From: Allobaculum fili
GTDB lineage: Bacteria; Bacillota_I; Bacilli_A; Erysipelotrichales; Erysipelotrichaceae
Length of the DNA: 32,000 bases
NCBI RefSeq assembly: GCF_020969955.1
Contig: NZ_JAHDSX010000017.1
Span: forward strand, 13,337-45,336
Reading direction: 5' to 3'
Shown here: positions 9,054 to 17,112 of the stretch, one piece after another
Numbering within the stretch: position 1 is the stretch's first letter
How the letters are laid out: each line of letters begins with the position of its first letter
Made by a program: the position numbers and the translations under genes
Notes under the pieces: generated by a model
Told to the model about the DNA's origin: nothing
Database searches by the model: none
The model's input: only the letters and a program-made list of their open reading frames with translations

Positions 9054-9920
9054 TTACTTCGCCGGGAAGGCGATTCCTTTGAATTCTTCAGTGATGAAGT
9101 TTTTGATTTCTTCGGATTTCAGGGTATCGACAAGTGATTTGATCGCCGGATCGTCTTTTCTGGATTCCTTAACGGCGATGACGTTCTGGTACGTCTGTGC
9201 AGCTACCGAGTCCGCAGCTTCGGTTTCGAGCAGCTTGTCTTCCACGCCGGAAGCGAGGGCGTAGTTGCCGTTGATTACGCCGTAATCGATATCCGGAAGC
9301 TTGGAAGCCACCTGGTCCGCCGCAATTTCAACGATGTCGAGGTTTTTCGGGTTGTCGACGATATCGCGAACGGTTGCCGTGGAAATGGTTGCGTCTTCAT
9401 CAAGCGTGATCCAGCCAAGGCTTTCGAGCAGGTACAGAGCGCGGGCTTCGTTGGTCGCATCGTTTGGAACGACGATGGTTGCTCCGTCTTCGATTTCATC
9501 AACAGACTTGTGCTTTTCGGAATACAGACCGAGCGGTTCGTAGTGGATGGCGCCTGCGCTTACGAGGTAGCCGTCATCTCCGGATTTGTAGCCGTTGTCT
9601 TCATCGTAGCTGATCAGATACGGTTCGTGCTGGAAGTAGTTGGCATCCAGAGAGCCGTCGGATGTGGACGGGTTGATGTTTGGATAATCGGAGAATTCCA
9701 CGATTTTCAGATCGATGCCCTGATCGGCCAGTGCGTCTTTGGCTTCTTCCAGGATGATCGCGTGCGGGCTGGTCGTTGCGCCCACAGTCAGTGTGGTTCT
9801 TTCGCCTTCGGCACTGGATGCAGAAGCAGCAGCTGAAGAGGCGGCAGGCTGGCTGTTCGAGCAGGCAGCCAGCGAGAGCGCGAGTGCGCCGCAGGCAAGA
9901 AGCGAAGTCAGTTTTTTCAT
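9054..9920 (-). CDS. metQ: methionine ABC transporter substrate-binding lipoprotein (MetQ/NlpA family)
   Basis: Lipobox LSLAACS and NlpA-family body (GATTSPHA...NYFQH.PYL...VVPNDATNEARAL..L). GGGAGG RBS. Sits downstream of metN-metI. Confidence 0.9.
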   Translation of the reverse strand: MKKLTSLLACGALALSLAACSNSQPAASSAAASASSAEGERTTLTVGATTSPHAIILEEAKDALADQGIDLKIVEFSDYPNINPSTSDGSLDANYFQHEPYLISYDEDNGYKSGDDGYLVSAGAIHYEPLGLYSEKHKSVDEIEDGATIVVPNDATNEARALYLLESLGWITLDEDATISTATVRDIVDNPKNLDIVEIAADQVASKLPDIDYGVINGNYALASGVEDKLLETEAADSVAAQTYQNVIAVKESRKDDPAIKSLVDTLKSEEIKNFITEEFKGIAFPAK

Positions 9921-10140
9921 TTTGTTTTCCTCCCTTTTACTGGAAATGTTTTTTATCGGACTCGCTCTGGCCGGTCAGGATGCGCAGCCGGTCCGGTCAG
10001 GCGAGAAGGATACAGATCAAATTTGAAATGAAGTCAGGCTTTCCGGCTGGATTCAGACACTTTCGTCTTTGTGGAATTTTTTATGGTCCGCATTTTTTCA
10101 TTTGCCGGAGAAAGCGTTTGTTTTAAGCGTTTTTAATTCA

Positions 10141-10818
10141 TTAATGCGTTGTCTTGCGCACGAGCCAGTCGCCGATCCACTGAATGATCGAAATGATGAT
10201 CAGAAGCAGGATCAGAACGACAAACGTGATATCCCACATCTGTCTCTGCCAGCCAAAGCGGATGGCCAGGTCGCCCAGACCGCCGGCGCCGACGGTACCG
10301 ACAATGGCGATCTGCCCGATTACGGCGATCAGAACGATCGTCAGACCGCGGATCATGCCGGGAATATTCTGACGAAGATAGACGTTGCAGATGATTTCCC
10401 AGGTGCTCATGCCCATGGAAATGCTGGCTTCGACAATGCCGTCGGGAATTTCTTCCATCGCCGATTCCAGCTGTCTCGCCATGAACGGGATCGTACCGAC
10501 AATGAGCGGAACGATGGCCATCTTGATACCGATCGTCGTATGGAAAATCAGACGGGTCAGCCCCATCATCAGCGGAATCAGGATGACAAACGGGATGGCG
10601 CGAAACAGGTTGATGATTTTATCCAGGATCCAGAAGACCGCTTTATTCGGGGCAATGCCGTCGGGCTTGGTGATGACCACCAGCACCGCAAGAGGCAGCG
10701 CGATGATAAAGCTGACGATTCCGGTGATCACTAACATGATCAGGGTATCCACAATGGCCTGGGGGAATTCGTCCGCAAACGCGATGACGTTTGGAATCCA
10801 GTTACTCAATGTGTCCAC
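10141..10818 (-). CDS. metI: methionine ABC transporter permease
   Basis: Polytopic membrane protein with the EAA-like loop (MEEIPDGIVEASISMGMSTWEII) typical of MetI. The GTG start is preceded by GGAGGTGAT and overlaps the metN stop. Confidence 0.9.
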   Translation of the reverse strand: MDTLSNWIPNVIAFADEFPQAIVDTLIMLVITGIVSFIIALPLAVLVVITKPDGIAPNKAVFWILDKIINLFRAIPFVILIPLMMGLTRLIFHTTIGIKMAIVPLIVGTIPFMARQLESAMEEIPDGIVEASISMGMSTWEIICNVYLRQNIPGMIRGLTIVLIAVIGQIAIVGTVGAGGLGDLAIRFGWQRQMWDITFVVLILLLIIISIIQWIGDWLVRKTTH

Positions 10819-11845
10819 GCTTGATCACCTCCACTCGAATATGACTGTTTTTCAAATCCGCAACGGCGTTTTCAATCTGCTCGTTGCTTCCGGTAAAGAT
10901 CGTTACCAGCTGGCCGATCGGCTCGTCTTTCCAGATTTCGACGCTTCCGAAAATAATGGAACAGTCGATGCCGAATTCTCTGGAAATGTGCGAAATCATT
11001 GCTTCGGCTGTGCTGCTCGAATCGTACTGCAGCTTGACGAGCTGCTGGTTGGCTTTCAGGCGGGTCAGCGGATGATTCTGACGAATCAGTTCATCTACCT
11101 TGTTGGCGTTGGACGCGGTTGCGATGAACTCCTTGGTCATCTCCTGCAGAGGGTTGGTGAAGATCGGGATGATGTCTCCCTGTTCCACTACGCGGCCATT
11201 GGCCATAATAGCGACCTCGTCGCACAGCTCCTTAACGACGAACATTTCGTGGGTAATGACAACCACCGTAATGTGCCGTTCGGTATTGATGCGCTTAATC
11301 AGTTTCAGAATGGTCTGCGTCGTCTGCGGGTCGAGTGCCGAAGTGGCCTCGTCGCAGAGCAGAACTTTCGGATCGTTAACGAGCGCTCTGGCAATCGCCA
11401 CGCGCTGTTTCTGACCGCCGGAAAGCTGGGAAGGATAGGAATCCTTTCGCTCGACCAGATCGATCAGCGCCAGCAGTTCCATGACCTTGGCGTCGATTTC
11501 TTCCTTTGGCCGTTTTTCCAGCCGCAGCGGCAGGGCGATGTTTTCGTAAATCGTCAGGGCCGGCAGCAGGTTAAAGTGCTGGAAAATCATGCCCATTTTC
11601 GAACGGGCTTTACGCAGCGCTTTGGGCGATGCTTCCATTAAGTCTTCGCCGTCAAAGATTACTTTTCCCTCATCCGGACGCTCAAGAAGGTTCATGCAGC
11701 GAACCAGCGTGGATTTACCGGCACCGGAAAATCCGATGATGCCGTAGATCTGTCCTTTTTTGATATGGAGCGAAACATCTTTTACCGCGCTGACGGTTCC
11801 GTCTTTTGTCTGAAACGTCTTTGTGACATGTTCAAGCTCAATCAC
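10802..11845 (-). CDS. metN: methionine ABC transporter ATP-binding protein
   Basis: Walker A GFSGAGKST, signature LSGGQKQR, Walker B LLCDEATSALD and a C-terminal NIL domain. The likely start is GTG 11845 (VIELEHVTKTF) behind AGGAAGGAG. The track ORF extends to 11941 through the T-box leader. Confidence 0.9.
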   Translation of the reverse strand: MIELEHVTKTFQTKDGTVSAVKDVSLHIKKGQIYGIIGFSGAGKSTLVRCMNLLERPDEGKVIFDGEDLMEASPKALRKARSKMGMIFQHFNLLPALTIYENIALPLRLEKRPKEEIDAKVMELLALIDLVERKDSYPSQLSGGQKQRVAIARALVNDPKVLLCDEATSALDPQTTQTILKLIKRINTERHITVVVITHEMFVVKELCDEVAIMANGRVVEQGDIIPIFTNPLQEMTKEFIATASNANKVDELIRQNHPLTRLKANQQLVKLQYDSSSTAEAMISHISREFGIDCSIIFGSVEIWKDEPIGQLVTIFTGSNEQIENAVADLKNSHIRVEVIKRGHIE

Positions 11846-11890
11846 AGTTTTCTCCTTCCTGTCAGAATCCAGATTGGAAAATCCGGATAC

Positions 11891-11923
11891 AAAAAAAGCC
11901 TTCATCACATTAGGACGAAAGCT
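11891..11923 (-). terminator. T-box leader terminator
   Basis: AGCTTTCGTC (11923-11914) pairs with GATGAAGGCT (11906-11897) including 2 G-U pairs, then T7 (11897-11891). The 5' arm can alternatively pair with the T-box core (antiterminator). Confidence 0.8.
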
Positions 11924-12141
11924 GACACTTCGTGTTACCACCTAAATTCACATACCTGTCGCCAGATACGCCTCATCAAGTACAAACATACTCTAACGCT
12001 GTAACGGGCGTTCCCGTCAGACCTGTTAATCGGCCATGCTGCTCCAAGACCATGTTCGGACATCTTCGGCATTTCTTTTCACCAGCCAGAAACTCTCTGC
12101 ACCCTAGGAATGTCTTACTCTTCTCTTCTTCGCTTATTTAT
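11891..12141 (-). promoter_or_regulatory. T-box riboswitch leader, methionine (AUG) specifier, controlling metNIQ
   Basis: On the minus strand:
- GCGAAGAAGAGAAGAGTA (GA/K-turn plus AGAGTA S-turn)
- AG bay GCAGAGAG
- distal loop CTGGTGAAAAG
- specifier loop GAAC-ATG-G, with ATG at 12053-12051 followed by a purine and the UCUU helix
- T-box core AATTTAGGTGGTAACACG (11948-11931)
- terminator. Confidence 0.88.
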
Positions 12142-12147
12142 GCGCAT

Positions 12148-12175
12148 ACTCTATCACGCTTCTTGAAAATGGCAA
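12148..12175 (-). promoter_or_regulatory. candidate promoter of the T-box/metNIQ transcript
   Basis: Minus strand reads TTGCCA (12175-12170), a 16-nt spacer ending in TG-A, then TAGAGT (12153-12148), which is an extended -10. Confidence 0.5.
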
Positions 12176-12794
12176 AAGAAAAAACAGAATATTTTGGGAA
12201 CTATGTGAATTTTTCCGGGTTCGAATGCAGTTTTTGAGCGGGTTTCTCCCTTTTTTCAAACGTCCAGGATGAATCGAAACGGCGCATTTTTGCGTCTTCT
12301 GTCCATTCTTCTTAAACAAAGTCTTAATTTTAAGGTTTCGTGTATACCCCAAAAGATACGTCTGGTTTTCTGGAGCGTATTCGTACCAGCAGACAGAATC
12401 CAGACCCCATCCAGACGGAACGGCGGATCGCATGCGTCCTCTTTTGAAATCTGGGCTATGCGTGCCTGTCTCAAATGCGCTTGCAGTTTCCCTTTTTTCG
12501 ACTGTGTAAAAAAATTCTTGACTCCGCATAAAGAGGATATTAAGGCTCAATCGCGTTTCCGGAGAAGCAGCCTGCTGAGCGCCTGTCCAATCCAGGCAAA
12601 ACCCCAGAATTTCTGCGTCCCCCAAACCGGCCGATGTCCATCGGCTGTCCCCTTTTCTATTTTTCTCAAACTTCATTTTTCTCTCAAAACCTGAATTTCT
12701 ATTTCATATTTCTATTTCTTCTATTTCTCTTTGCACCCGTATTTCTTATCCCCCCCATCCGGTCCGCTTTGTTTTCTCAAAAGAAACGGGCATG

Positions 12795-12826
12795 AAAAAA
12801 GAGCCCATTGCCCATGGACTCTTTTT
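12795..12826 (-). terminator. bidirectional-shaped terminator downstream of the small EIIA-like gene
   Basis: AGAGCCCAT (12800-12808) / ATGGACTCT (12814-12822) form a stem with 1 mismatch, flanked by A6 and T5. Confidence 0.6.
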
Positions 12827-12944
12827 CGCAGCAGATTTCTTTCTGGCACAGCTTGACGATTCAACCCACGATCCTTTGCCAGAGATAAATCGAATTATGA
12901 CTGGAAATGCAAAGTGCGCTGCGGCGTGTGTGAATTATGATGGA

Positions 12945-13241
12945 TCAGTTGTATACGTGGAATTTGATCGCCGAGCAGTTGCGGGAACAAAGCCGATTGG
13001 CCTGTGCGATCGCCTCGTGGAAGACTTCCGTAAATCCCATGGAAGATTCAAAGGAATCGTCCTGGATGGAACGGTTTTCTTCTCTGAGTTCATCGAATTC
13101 CTCCTTGGATTCGCTGAGAACCTGATTCGCCCTTTCAAATTCTCCATCGCGCATCATGCGGAGGGATTTTACCATTTTCGCCCGGAGGTTTCGGCTGTTG
13201 GAATTGAGCTGGTAAAGTTTCATTCGTCTATCGTCTTTCAT
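12945..13241 (-). CDS. small helical protein, possibly PTS EIIA (lactose/cellobiose family)-like; orphan
   Basis: A hand alignment to LacF-type EIIA was used. SRNLRAKMVKSLRMMRDGEFERANQVL aligns with GDARSKLLEALKAAENGDFAKADSLV. A His sits in EVFHEAIAQ where the phospho-His lies. AAGGGAG is 10 nt upstream of ATG 13241 (the track ORF starts at TTG 13274). The overlapping plus ORF 12792..13307 looks like an antisense artefact. Confidence 0.45.
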   Translation of the reverse strand: MKDDRRMKLYQLNSNSRNLRAKMVKSLRMMRDGEFERANQVLSESKEEFDELREENRSIQDDSFESSMGFTEVFHEAIAQANRLCSRNCSAIKFHVYN

Positions 13242-13839
13242 GGCTGCTGTGCTCCCTTTTTCTATTTCTCTCAAATGTCTAAGTTCTCTTCAGGTTTTAC
13301 CTGCTGATTTCTTTGACGGTTAAAGTGTATCAGATGCCATATTTCGAGGAAAAGGCGGATACACAGGAAATTTAACCAGGGTAAAGTTTGCATTAAGAAC
13401 ACATTAATTAGCATTAAGTTCGTATTAAGATAGAAAATAGTCAATTAATCATCATAATCGGATAAGAAAATAATGAATAAATGCCATATATGCCGAAATT
13501 CATATTTGGCATCGATTTTCTGTCTTTCGACCCGTTTTGACAATCGAATCCACAACGGCCAAAATATGTCTATACTTTCGTTGTCTAATCTATCTCTTTT
13601 TGTCTCATTCTCCGCTTGAGAAATTTCCCTGCCCGCGTACAGAACGGTTAAAAATCGCCTGATGTTTTAGTAAATTTCGTCTTTTTCAGGCACTTTTTTC
13701 ACCGTCTTTTTTTCGTCCATTTCTGACGAGAATATGGGATTTATGCGTTATCTTTCCCGCCAGTCTCTTTTTTGATGATCGTCTTGGACAGGGCGGACGG
13801 CCTTCTTCGAAAAGCGGACAGAAGCCGGATCTTTGCCCA

Positions 13840-13848
13840 TGGTATAAT
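13840..13848 (+). promoter_or_regulatory. extended -10 promoter element directly abutting the hydrolase start codon (leaderless candidate)
   Basis: TGGTATAAT at 13840-13848. The ATG at 13855 lies 6 nt after the hexamer, and there is no Shine-Dalgarno sequence. Confidence 0.4.
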
Positions 13849-13854
13849 TCGGCC

Positions 13855-14544
13855 ATGAACTTACATTTCCCGTTTATTCACCGTCCGGATATTGTCGTCA
13901 CCATTCACGGATTCGGGCGAAGAGTTTCTCACGAGATGGATCCGCTCAAAGCGTGGCTGGAAAAGCAGGGCTTTGAAGTCTGGACTTTTGATTACTTTGA
14001 TCCGCAGGATCCAGGCGATACCCGCATGGAAGACTGGATCGGCCGCTGTGAAGAAAAACTGCGCCAGGCGATTGCGACGGGTCGTCCCGTTCACCTGCTT
14101 GGCTTTTCCATGGGCGGCGTGGTTTCTTCCTATCTGGCTTCCGTATTCAAGGTGAAGCATCTGCTGCTTTGCGCACCGGCCTATTTCCCGCTCGATTTTT
14201 ATCAGGTGGAACGCGCCGCCAGAAAAGCGCTCTTTCCCTTCAGCGACGGGGATTCCGGCAGTCTGAGCCGCAATCATACCCAGACGTTTCTGAAAGTCGT
14301 CTCGACGTATCGCTATTCGATTTTGCAGGTAGACTGTCCGGTTCTCATTTTGCACGGAACGGCGGATGAGGTCATCAGCGCCAAATCTTCCGAACGCATG
14401 ATTTCCCTGCTTGATCCGGCGCATACGCGTCTGCTCTATCTGTATGGAGCGAAACATCGCTTTTTGTATGACGGCACGTACGAATCGATCGTCTTTCCGA
14501 TCATTCGCGATTACTTCCGCAATGAGATGACGCCTTTTCACTGA
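13855..14544 (+). CDS. alpha/beta-fold hydrolase (serine esterase/lipase-like)
   Basis: Oxyanion HGFG, nucleophile elbow GFSMGG, acid in HGTADEV and His in GAKHRF. The size (229 aa) fits the fold. Confidence 0.85.
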   Translation: MNLHFPFIHRPDIVVTIHGFGRRVSHEMDPLKAWLEKQGFEVWTFDYFDPQDPGDTRMEDWIGRCEEKLRQAIATGRPVHLLGFSMGGVVSSYLASVFKVKHLLLCAPAYFPLDFYQVERAARKALFPFSDGDSGSLSRNHTQTFLKVVSTYRYSILQVDCPVLILHGTADEVISAKSSERMISLLDPAHTRLLYLYGAKHRFLYDGTYESIVFPIIRDYFRNEMTPFH

Positions 14545-14562
14545 TTGTTATCTCGACCGATT

Positions 14563-14591
14563 GACCGCTTCATTTTGAGGCGGTCTTTTTT
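14563..14591 (+). terminator. rho-independent terminator of the hydrolase gene
   Basis: GACCGCTT (14563-14570) pairs with GAGGCGGTC (14578-14585), then T6. Confidence 0.7.
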
Positions 14592-14643
14592 ATGCCGCCC
14601 GGCTGGATCTGCGGACTGGATTTATGCTTTCGTCTGGCCGCTG

Positions 14644-15420
14644 CTATTTTGGTTTGTTCTGCGTATCGTCTGTCTTTGATCCTGCCGGCTTTCTCGAGGC
14701 GGTTTTCTGCCAGCTTTCGCGTTTGGGCAGATGGTCTTTAAAGTCGGGATCGATCGGAATACTGAGCACGTCATGAATTTTCTGACGGATTTCCGGTACG
14801 ACCTTTTCTTCAAATTCCGGGTGCTTCATAAACCAGCCGCGGTTTAATCCCGAGGGATGCGGCAGGACGCAGCAGGGCTTGCCTTCGTATTCGAGATGGG
14901 AAAAGACGAGCTCATCGAGCGTCTTTCCCGGAAAAATCCGGCTGGCGGCTTCTCGGCCGGCGATCAGAATCAGCTCGGCTTCCTTAAGAAGCTCAAGCTC
15001 TTTTTTCGTCCAGCGCTCGTAACATACGGCAGGCGGTTTCTTGTCGCCGGTCTTTCCCTTGCCGGGAAAGCAGTGACCCATAACAGTGAAGTAGAAGTTT
15101 TTCGGATCGTAAAACTGCTCTTCGCTCAGGTAATACCAGGACTGGCGCAGACGCTTGCCGGAAGGATCCGCGAAGGGGCGGCCGATTTCATGGACGAGAC
15201 GTCCGGGCGCCTGAGAAATATGAACGATTTTCGCATGCGGGCCGCCAAAGACGACCGGGCGCGGTTCAAAACCAAACAATTGGCGGCACTGACGGCAGGC
15301 CAGAATCTGTTTCTGAAGACAGTCGATGGGCGTATCGATCCTTTCGGATTGATTGAAATCGGACGGTTTAGTTGCCGGCGTCTGGTTTTTGTCCGCCTGT
15401 AACGCTGTATCGGTTTCCAT
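14644..15420 (-). CDS. uracil-DNA glycosylase superfamily protein (family 4-like)
   Basis: Motif A HISQAPG, motif B VLPHPSGLN and CRQCRQL upstream of the core. The start is ambiguous: ATG 15420 (METDTALQ) or track start 15486. A charged C-terminal tail is present. Confidence 0.75.
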   Translation of the reverse strand: METDTALQADKNQTPATKPSDFNQSERIDTPIDCLQKQILACRQCRQLFGFEPRPVVFGGPHAKIVHISQAPGRLVHEIGRPFADPSGKRLRQSWYYLSEEQFYDPKNFYFTVMGHCFPGKGKTGDKKPPAVCYERWTKKELELLKEAELILIAGREAASRIFPGKTLDELVFSHLEYEGKPCCVLPHPSGLNRGWFMKHPEFEEKVVPEIRQKIHDVLSIPIDPDFKDHLPKRESWQKTASRKPAGSKTDDTQNKPK

Positions 15421-15595
15421 AAAACGGTACCTGCTCTTTCTGTGAATCGTGCCTGTCTTTTCGGCTCTTCTGACAGTGTAGCGCATTGAAAGCGGGATAC
15501 CGCTTCCACCGCTTTAGTCATAGCGTAAATAAAGTCTGCGCAGGAAGGGGCATATGCGTTGCTTTCTGCCCCCGGTAAAGGATCCGCACAGACGG

Positions 15596-15626
15596 ACGAA
15601 GAAACCCGGATCCGTCTGGATCCGGG
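15596..15626 (-). terminator. stem-loop downstream of pncB
   Basis: CCCGGATCC (15605-15613) / GGATCCGGG (15618-15626) form a perfect 9-bp stem with a 4-nt loop. It is followed on the minus strand by TTTCTTCG, a weak U-tract. Confidence 0.5.
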
Positions 15627-15660
15627 CAAATGTATTTTCGATCGGAGTTCAGCGTTTCAT

Positions 15661-17106
15661 TCAGCGCTTGGACTTGATCATGTCGAGCTTGAGGTCAATG
15701 AGCTTTTCGGAAAGGTCGACGTAGTAGATCTGCGGGTTGGTGAAGCGCTTGATCTCTTCCCAGAGCGTTTCCTGCTCTCTGGCACAGTAGTCGCGAATGC
15801 CAAGCAGGGACGGCTGGCGGTACACGAGTTCGCCGTTAATGAAAATCGGCACGAGAAGTTCGCGGATTTCGTACGTGTCCTTTTCGATGACTTTGTTTTT
15901 CCACTTGTTCATCGGATGGTAAATCGTCAGATCTTCCGATTCATCGAGCACTTCATCCGAAAGCGTCATCAGGTCGGCGACCGCTTTGCCGTCTTCCTTG
16001 TTGTAAATGCGGTACAGGTTTTTATAGCCCGGGTTGGTGATCTTCTCTTCGTTTTCCGAAATCTTGATCCGGGGTTCCATAACGCCGTTTTCTTCAATGG
16101 CCGCCAGCTTGTACACGCCGCCAAATACCGGCGAGTCCTTGGAGACGATCATGTTTTCACCGACGCCGTACGCATCGATCTTGGCCCCCTGACGGTCTAC
16201 GAGCGATTCAATCAGGTATTCATCGAGCGAGTTGGAAACGACGATGGAGCAGTCCTGCATGCCTTCTTCATCGAGACGGCGGCGGATTTTCTTAGACAGA
16301 TACGCCATGTCGCCGGAGTCAATGCGCACGCCTTTGAGGCGATGGCCGTTGGGTTCAAGGTATTCCTTGGCAACGCGAATAGCGTTTTCCAGACCGGAGC
16401 GCAGCGTGTTGTACGTATCGATCAGCAGCGTGCAGCTGTCCGGATACATTTTGGCATACGCCAGGAAGGCGTCGTATTCGCTGTCAAAGCTCTGCACGAA
16501 GGAATGAGCCATCGTGCCAAGGGCGGGAATGCTGAACTGCTTGCCGGCTTCCGTCGTTGCGGTTCCGGCTACGCCGGCGATATACGCCGCACGTGCGCCC
16601 TGAATGGCGGAATCGAAGTTGTGGGCACGGCGGGCTCCAAATTCCATAACCGCCTTGCCTTTGGCCGCCTGCACAATGCGTCTGGCCTTGGTGGCGATCA
16701 GCGTCTGGTGGTTGACCGCAAGAAGGAGCGCGGTTTCGAGCAGCTGGGCTTCAATCAGCGGCGCCTTGACGCGAATGAGCGGTTCGTACGGGAAGACCGG
16801 CGTTCCTTCCGGAATCGCCCAGACATCGCCCGTAAATTTCACCTGAGAAAGGTATTCGAGAAACTCTTCCGTAAACTGCCCGCGGCTGCGCAGGTAGTCG
16901 ATTTCTTCCGGCGAGAAATGCAGATCCTGAATGTATTCGATGACCTGATTCAGTCCGGCGAAGATGGCAAAGCCGCCTTTTTCGGGATTGCGTCGATAAA
17001 ACAGATCAAACACAACTTCTTCGTTTTTGTGCTGATTAAAGTAGACCTGGCTCATGGTGAGTTCGTAAAAATCCATGACCAGGGTCAGATTTCTTCCATC
17101 TTTCAT
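15661..17106 (-). CDS. pncB: nicotinate phosphoribosyltransferase
   Basis: Full-length NAPRTase-like sequence (LVMDFYELTMSQVYF..., GTMAHSFVQSF, RIDSGD). Starts 6 nt after the pncA stop. Confidence 0.92.
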   Translation of the reverse strand: MKDGRNLTLVMDFYELTMSQVYFNQHKNEEVVFDLFYRRNPEKGGFAIFAGLNQVIEYIQDLHFSPEEIDYLRSRGQFTEEFLEYLSQVKFTGDVWAIPEGTPVFPYEPLIRVKAPLIEAQLLETALLLAVNHQTLIATKARRIVQAAKGKAVMEFGARRAHNFDSAIQGARAAYIAGVAGTATTEAGKQFSIPALGTMAHSFVQSFDSEYDAFLAYAKMYPDSCTLLIDTYNTLRSGLENAIRVAKEYLEPNGHRLKGVRIDSGDMAYLSKKIRRRLDEEGMQDCSIVVSNSLDEYLIESLVDRQGAKIDAYGVGENMIVSKDSPVFGGVYKLAAIEENGVMEPRIKISENEEKITNPGYKNLYRIYNKEDGKAVADLMTLSDEVLDESEDLTIYHPMNKWKNKVIEKDTYEIRELLVPIFINGELVYRQPSLLGIRDYCAREQETLWEEIKRFTNPQIYYVDLSEKLIDLKLDMIKSKR

Positions 17107-17112
17107 TTTTCC

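Noticed and set aside
10385-11641. 418-aa plus-strand ORF opposite metI and metN
   Set aside because: Same in-register antisense artefact. The sense strand carries Walker A/B and the ABC signature.
12216-12232. tRNA T-arm-like CCGGGTTCGAATGCAG (possible tRNA fragment or att site)
   Set aside because: The 3' half of the T-stem does not pair (GCAGT instead of CCCGG). There is no acceptor stem and no integrase nearby.
12555-12645. SRP-RNA-like CCGGAGAAGCAGCC and c-di-GMP-I-like GGGACGCAGAAA strings
   Set aside because: Only short partial matches. The flanking helices and tetraloop/receptor elements required for either RNA family are absent.
12134-12676. 180-aa minus-strand ORF in the unexplained spacer
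   Set aside because: It runs through the T-box promoter (12148-12175) and has no convincing RBS. I can recognise no domain-like sequence, and its composition looks random. It is kept only as part of the unexplained-region finding.
12792-13307. 171-aa plus-strand ORF overlapping the small EIIA-like gene
   Set aside because: It starts inside a bidirectional terminator and is Phe-rich antisense-type sequence. The minus-strand reading has an RBS and a plausible helical protein.
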